A stretch of DNA of 32,000 nt from Micrococcus luteus NCTC 2665 (lineage in GTDB: Bacteria; Actinomycetota; Actinomycetes; Actinomycetales; Micrococcaceae), in the NCBI RefSeq assembly GCF_000023205.1, contig NC_012803.1, positions 630,001 to 662,000 on the forward strand, given 5' to 3'. Below are positions 30,450-32,000 of the stretch, in pieces (position 1 is the first letter of the stretch; every line of letters begins with the position of its first letter). Both the position numbers and the translations under genes were made by a program. The notes under the pieces were generated by a model. The model did no database searches, was not told the DNA's origin, and worked only from the letters and a program-made list of their open reading frames with translations.

Positions 30450-31337
30450 ATGCCCGCCACCCCGCGCACGTCCCGCACCCCAGCTGTCCGACCCGCCCCC
30501 GCGCTGCCCGCCCCCTCGGCGCGCACGGTGCGGTGGGAGATCGCGATCGTCCTCGGCCTCTCCCTGGGGAAGTCGGCGGTCTACGCGATCGTCCAGCTCA
30601 TCGACAAGGCCACCCAGGCCCCGCTGGGGGAGCAGACCACCGTCCTCAACCCGGCCCTGGCCGACCGCTGGGCCTTCGACCTGACCTATCAGCTGCTCGG
30701 CATCGGGTTCGCGCTGGTGCCGGTGGCCCTCGTGCTGCACCTGATGCACCTGCGCGGACGGGACCCGTTCCGGGTGCTCGGCCTCGACCTGCGTCGCCCC
30801 GGCCGCGACCTGGCCTGGGGCCTGGGCCTGTTCGCGGCCATCGGGCTGGGCACGCTCGGCGTCTACGCCGCCGGCCGGGCCCTGGGGATCACGACGGCGA
30901 TCGTCGGCTCGGCGCTCGGGGAGAGCTGGTACCAGGTGCCGGTCCTGCTCCTCTCCGCGCTGCGGCACGGACTGCTGGAGGAGGTCATCGTGGGCGCCTG
31001 GCTCGTCGACCGGCTCGGGTATCTGCAGCGGCTGCGCGCCGCGGGGCTGGCGCACGATCCGGCGCCGGCCGTGCCGTCGTCGTGGGTGAGCGCCGAAGGG
31101 CTGTACCTGCCGACCCGCGCGGCCGTGGTGGTGCTCGCCCTCGCGCTGCTGCGCGGGGCGTACCACCTGTACCAGGGGATCGGGCCGGGCGTGGGCAACG
31201 CCCTGATGGGCGTGGTGTTCGCGCTCGTGTTCCTGCGGGTGCGCCGGGTGATGCCGCTGGTCATCGCGCACACGCTGCTGGACGCCGTCGGGTTCGTCGG
31301 CTACCCGCTGCTGGCGCGGGCGGGGCTGCTCGGCTGA
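30450..31337 (+). CDS. CPBP (CAAX/Abi) family intramembrane protease-like protein
   Basis: Multi-pass membrane protein with LLEEVIVGAW (EE motif), YHLYQG and IAHTLLDAVGF (HxxxD/N). ATG 30450 was chosen because the longer ORF from 30366 runs through the intergenic repeats. The start remains uncertain. Confidence 0.7.
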   Translation: MPATPRTSRTPAVRPAPALPAPSARTVRWEIAIVLGLSLGKSAVYAIVQLIDKATQAPLGEQTTVLNPALADRWAFDLTYQLLGIGFALVPVALVLHLMHLRGRDPFRVLGLDLRRPGRDLAWGLGLFAAIGLGTLGVYAAGRALGITTAIVGSALGESWYQVPVLLLSALRHGLLEEVIVGAWLVDRLGYLQRLRAAGLAHDPAPAVPSSWVSAEGLYLPTRAAVVVLALALLRGAYHLYQGIGPGVGNALMGVVFALVFLRVRRVMPLVIAHTLLDAVGFVGYPLLARAGLLG

Positions 31338-31355
31338 GCCGCCCCGCCCCCGCGC
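31314..31355. terminator. GC-rich imperfect hairpin between the convergent CPBP and VOC genes
   Basis: GCGCGGGCGGGGC (31314-31326) pairs with GCCCCGCCCCCGCGC (31341-31355), with a 2-nt bulge and a 14-nt loop. It spans the CPBP stop codon. Confidence 0.35.
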
Positions 31356-31991
31356 TCAGAGCGTGACCTCGCCCTTCGGGGTGCGGAAGGTGACCGAGAC
31401 GATGCCCGGGGTGCCGGAGGGCGCGACGTACTCGATGTTCACGTCCTGGACCTGGCCGTCCTCGTCGTCGCCGAGCCACTCGGCGAGGCGCTCGGGGGAG
31501 CCGGCGATGTTCAGGCGCTCGATGGTGGCCTGCGGCTCGGCCGCCTGCGAGGGGTGCATGTCCTCCTGGCCGTCGGCCCAGCGCAGGATGAACGGCAGCT
31601 GCGGGTCCGCGAGGGTTCCCTTGATGCCGATCTGCCGCCAGGACAGCTCCCGGCCGTCCGGGAAGCGACGGTTGCCGGGGACGGCCTCGCGGCCGAGGCG
31701 GCGCTCGAAGCGGCCGATGTCCGTGGTGGACACGGCCCAGCTCATCCAGCCCCCGCCCTGCTCGGTGCGGGCGCGCACGAGCTGGCCGAACGGCGCGCTG
31801 AGGGAGGCCGGGTGGTCCAGGGCCTCGACGACCTCCAGATACTGCCTGCCCGCCATGGGGAACAGGGCGTTCTGCGTGCCGAAGCGGGGGTGGACACCGC
31901 CCTTGATCCGCTCGATGCCCAGCGTCTCGGCGATGCGGGCGACCGTGGCGTCCAGGCCCTCGGGGCCGGCGGCGTAGGACACGTGGTCCAT
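31356..31991 (-). CDS. VOC/glyoxalase-like domain protein
   Basis: MDHVSYA....LGI......GGVHPRFGTQNALFPM...QYLEVVEAL resembles glyoxalase-like (PF13468-type) proteins. The ORF is complete at 211 aa, with ATG at 31991. Confidence 0.7.
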   Translation of the reverse strand: MDHVSYAAGPEGLDATVARIAETLGIERIKGGVHPRFGTQNALFPMAGRQYLEVVEALDHPASLSAPFGQLVRARTEQGGGWMSWAVSTTDIGRFERRLGREAVPGNRRFPDGRELSWRQIGIKGTLADPQLPFILRWADGQEDMHPSQAAEPQATIERLNIAGSPERLAEWLGDDEDGQVQDVNIEYVAPSGTPGIVSVTFRTPKGEVTL

Positions 31992-32000
31992 GCGACAGGT

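Overview
Very GC-rich DNA (roughly 70% by eye, not computed) with actinobacterial gene content and synteny (pccB-accE, birA, ligA, gatCAB). It is probably a Micrococcales-like chromosome, though the taxon cannot be proven from sequence alone. Genes are tightly packed and many are joined by 4-nt ATGA/GTGA start-stop overlaps.

Left half (1-15.5 kb): a Wzx/Wzy-type cell-surface polysaccharide locus built as two convergent operons.
- Plus strand: GT1 (partial), aldo/keto reductase, GMC oxidoreductase, WcaF-like acetyltransferase, GT4, Wzy-like polymerase, GT4.
- Minus strand: fused Wzz/BY-tyrosine kinase, PF14907-like nucleotidyltransferase, Wzx-like flippase, an orphan protein, a GT-A glycosyltransferase, and an OafA-like acyltransferase-3/SGNH protein.
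- No priming phosphoglycosyltransferase, nucleotide-sugar genes or cognate tyrosine phosphatase are seen in the window.

Right half (15.5-32 kb): mostly core genes.
- pccB and the epsilon subunit, plus a translationally coupled PqqD-like third cistron.
- Divergent birA.
- A PH-domain membrane protein, an Rv1264-type adenylyl cyclase and a PP2C phosphatase.
- ligA coupled to an IMPase-family protein, a membrane-anchored monothiol glutaredoxin/mycoredoxin-like protein and a GNAT.
- gatCAB, an APH-family kinase-like protein, a CPBP protease and a VOC protein.

No rRNA, tRNA, CRISPR, transposase or phage genes were recognised.

Most interesting candidates:
1. A PqqD-like protein and an uncharacterised nucleotidyltransferase bracket the tyrosine kinase, with the PqqD-like gene chained to the acyl-CoA carboxylase operon.
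2. The O-acyltransferase has its conserved N-terminal motif upstream of any canonical start codon, in frame with the preceding GT gene across a single TGA.
3. A triple CTTTCGAACG repeat capable of alternative hairpins lies in the APH/CPBP divergent intergenic region.
4. A perfect 17-bp inverted repeat lies upstream of gatC.

All functional calls come from by-eye motif recognition. No database search was run.
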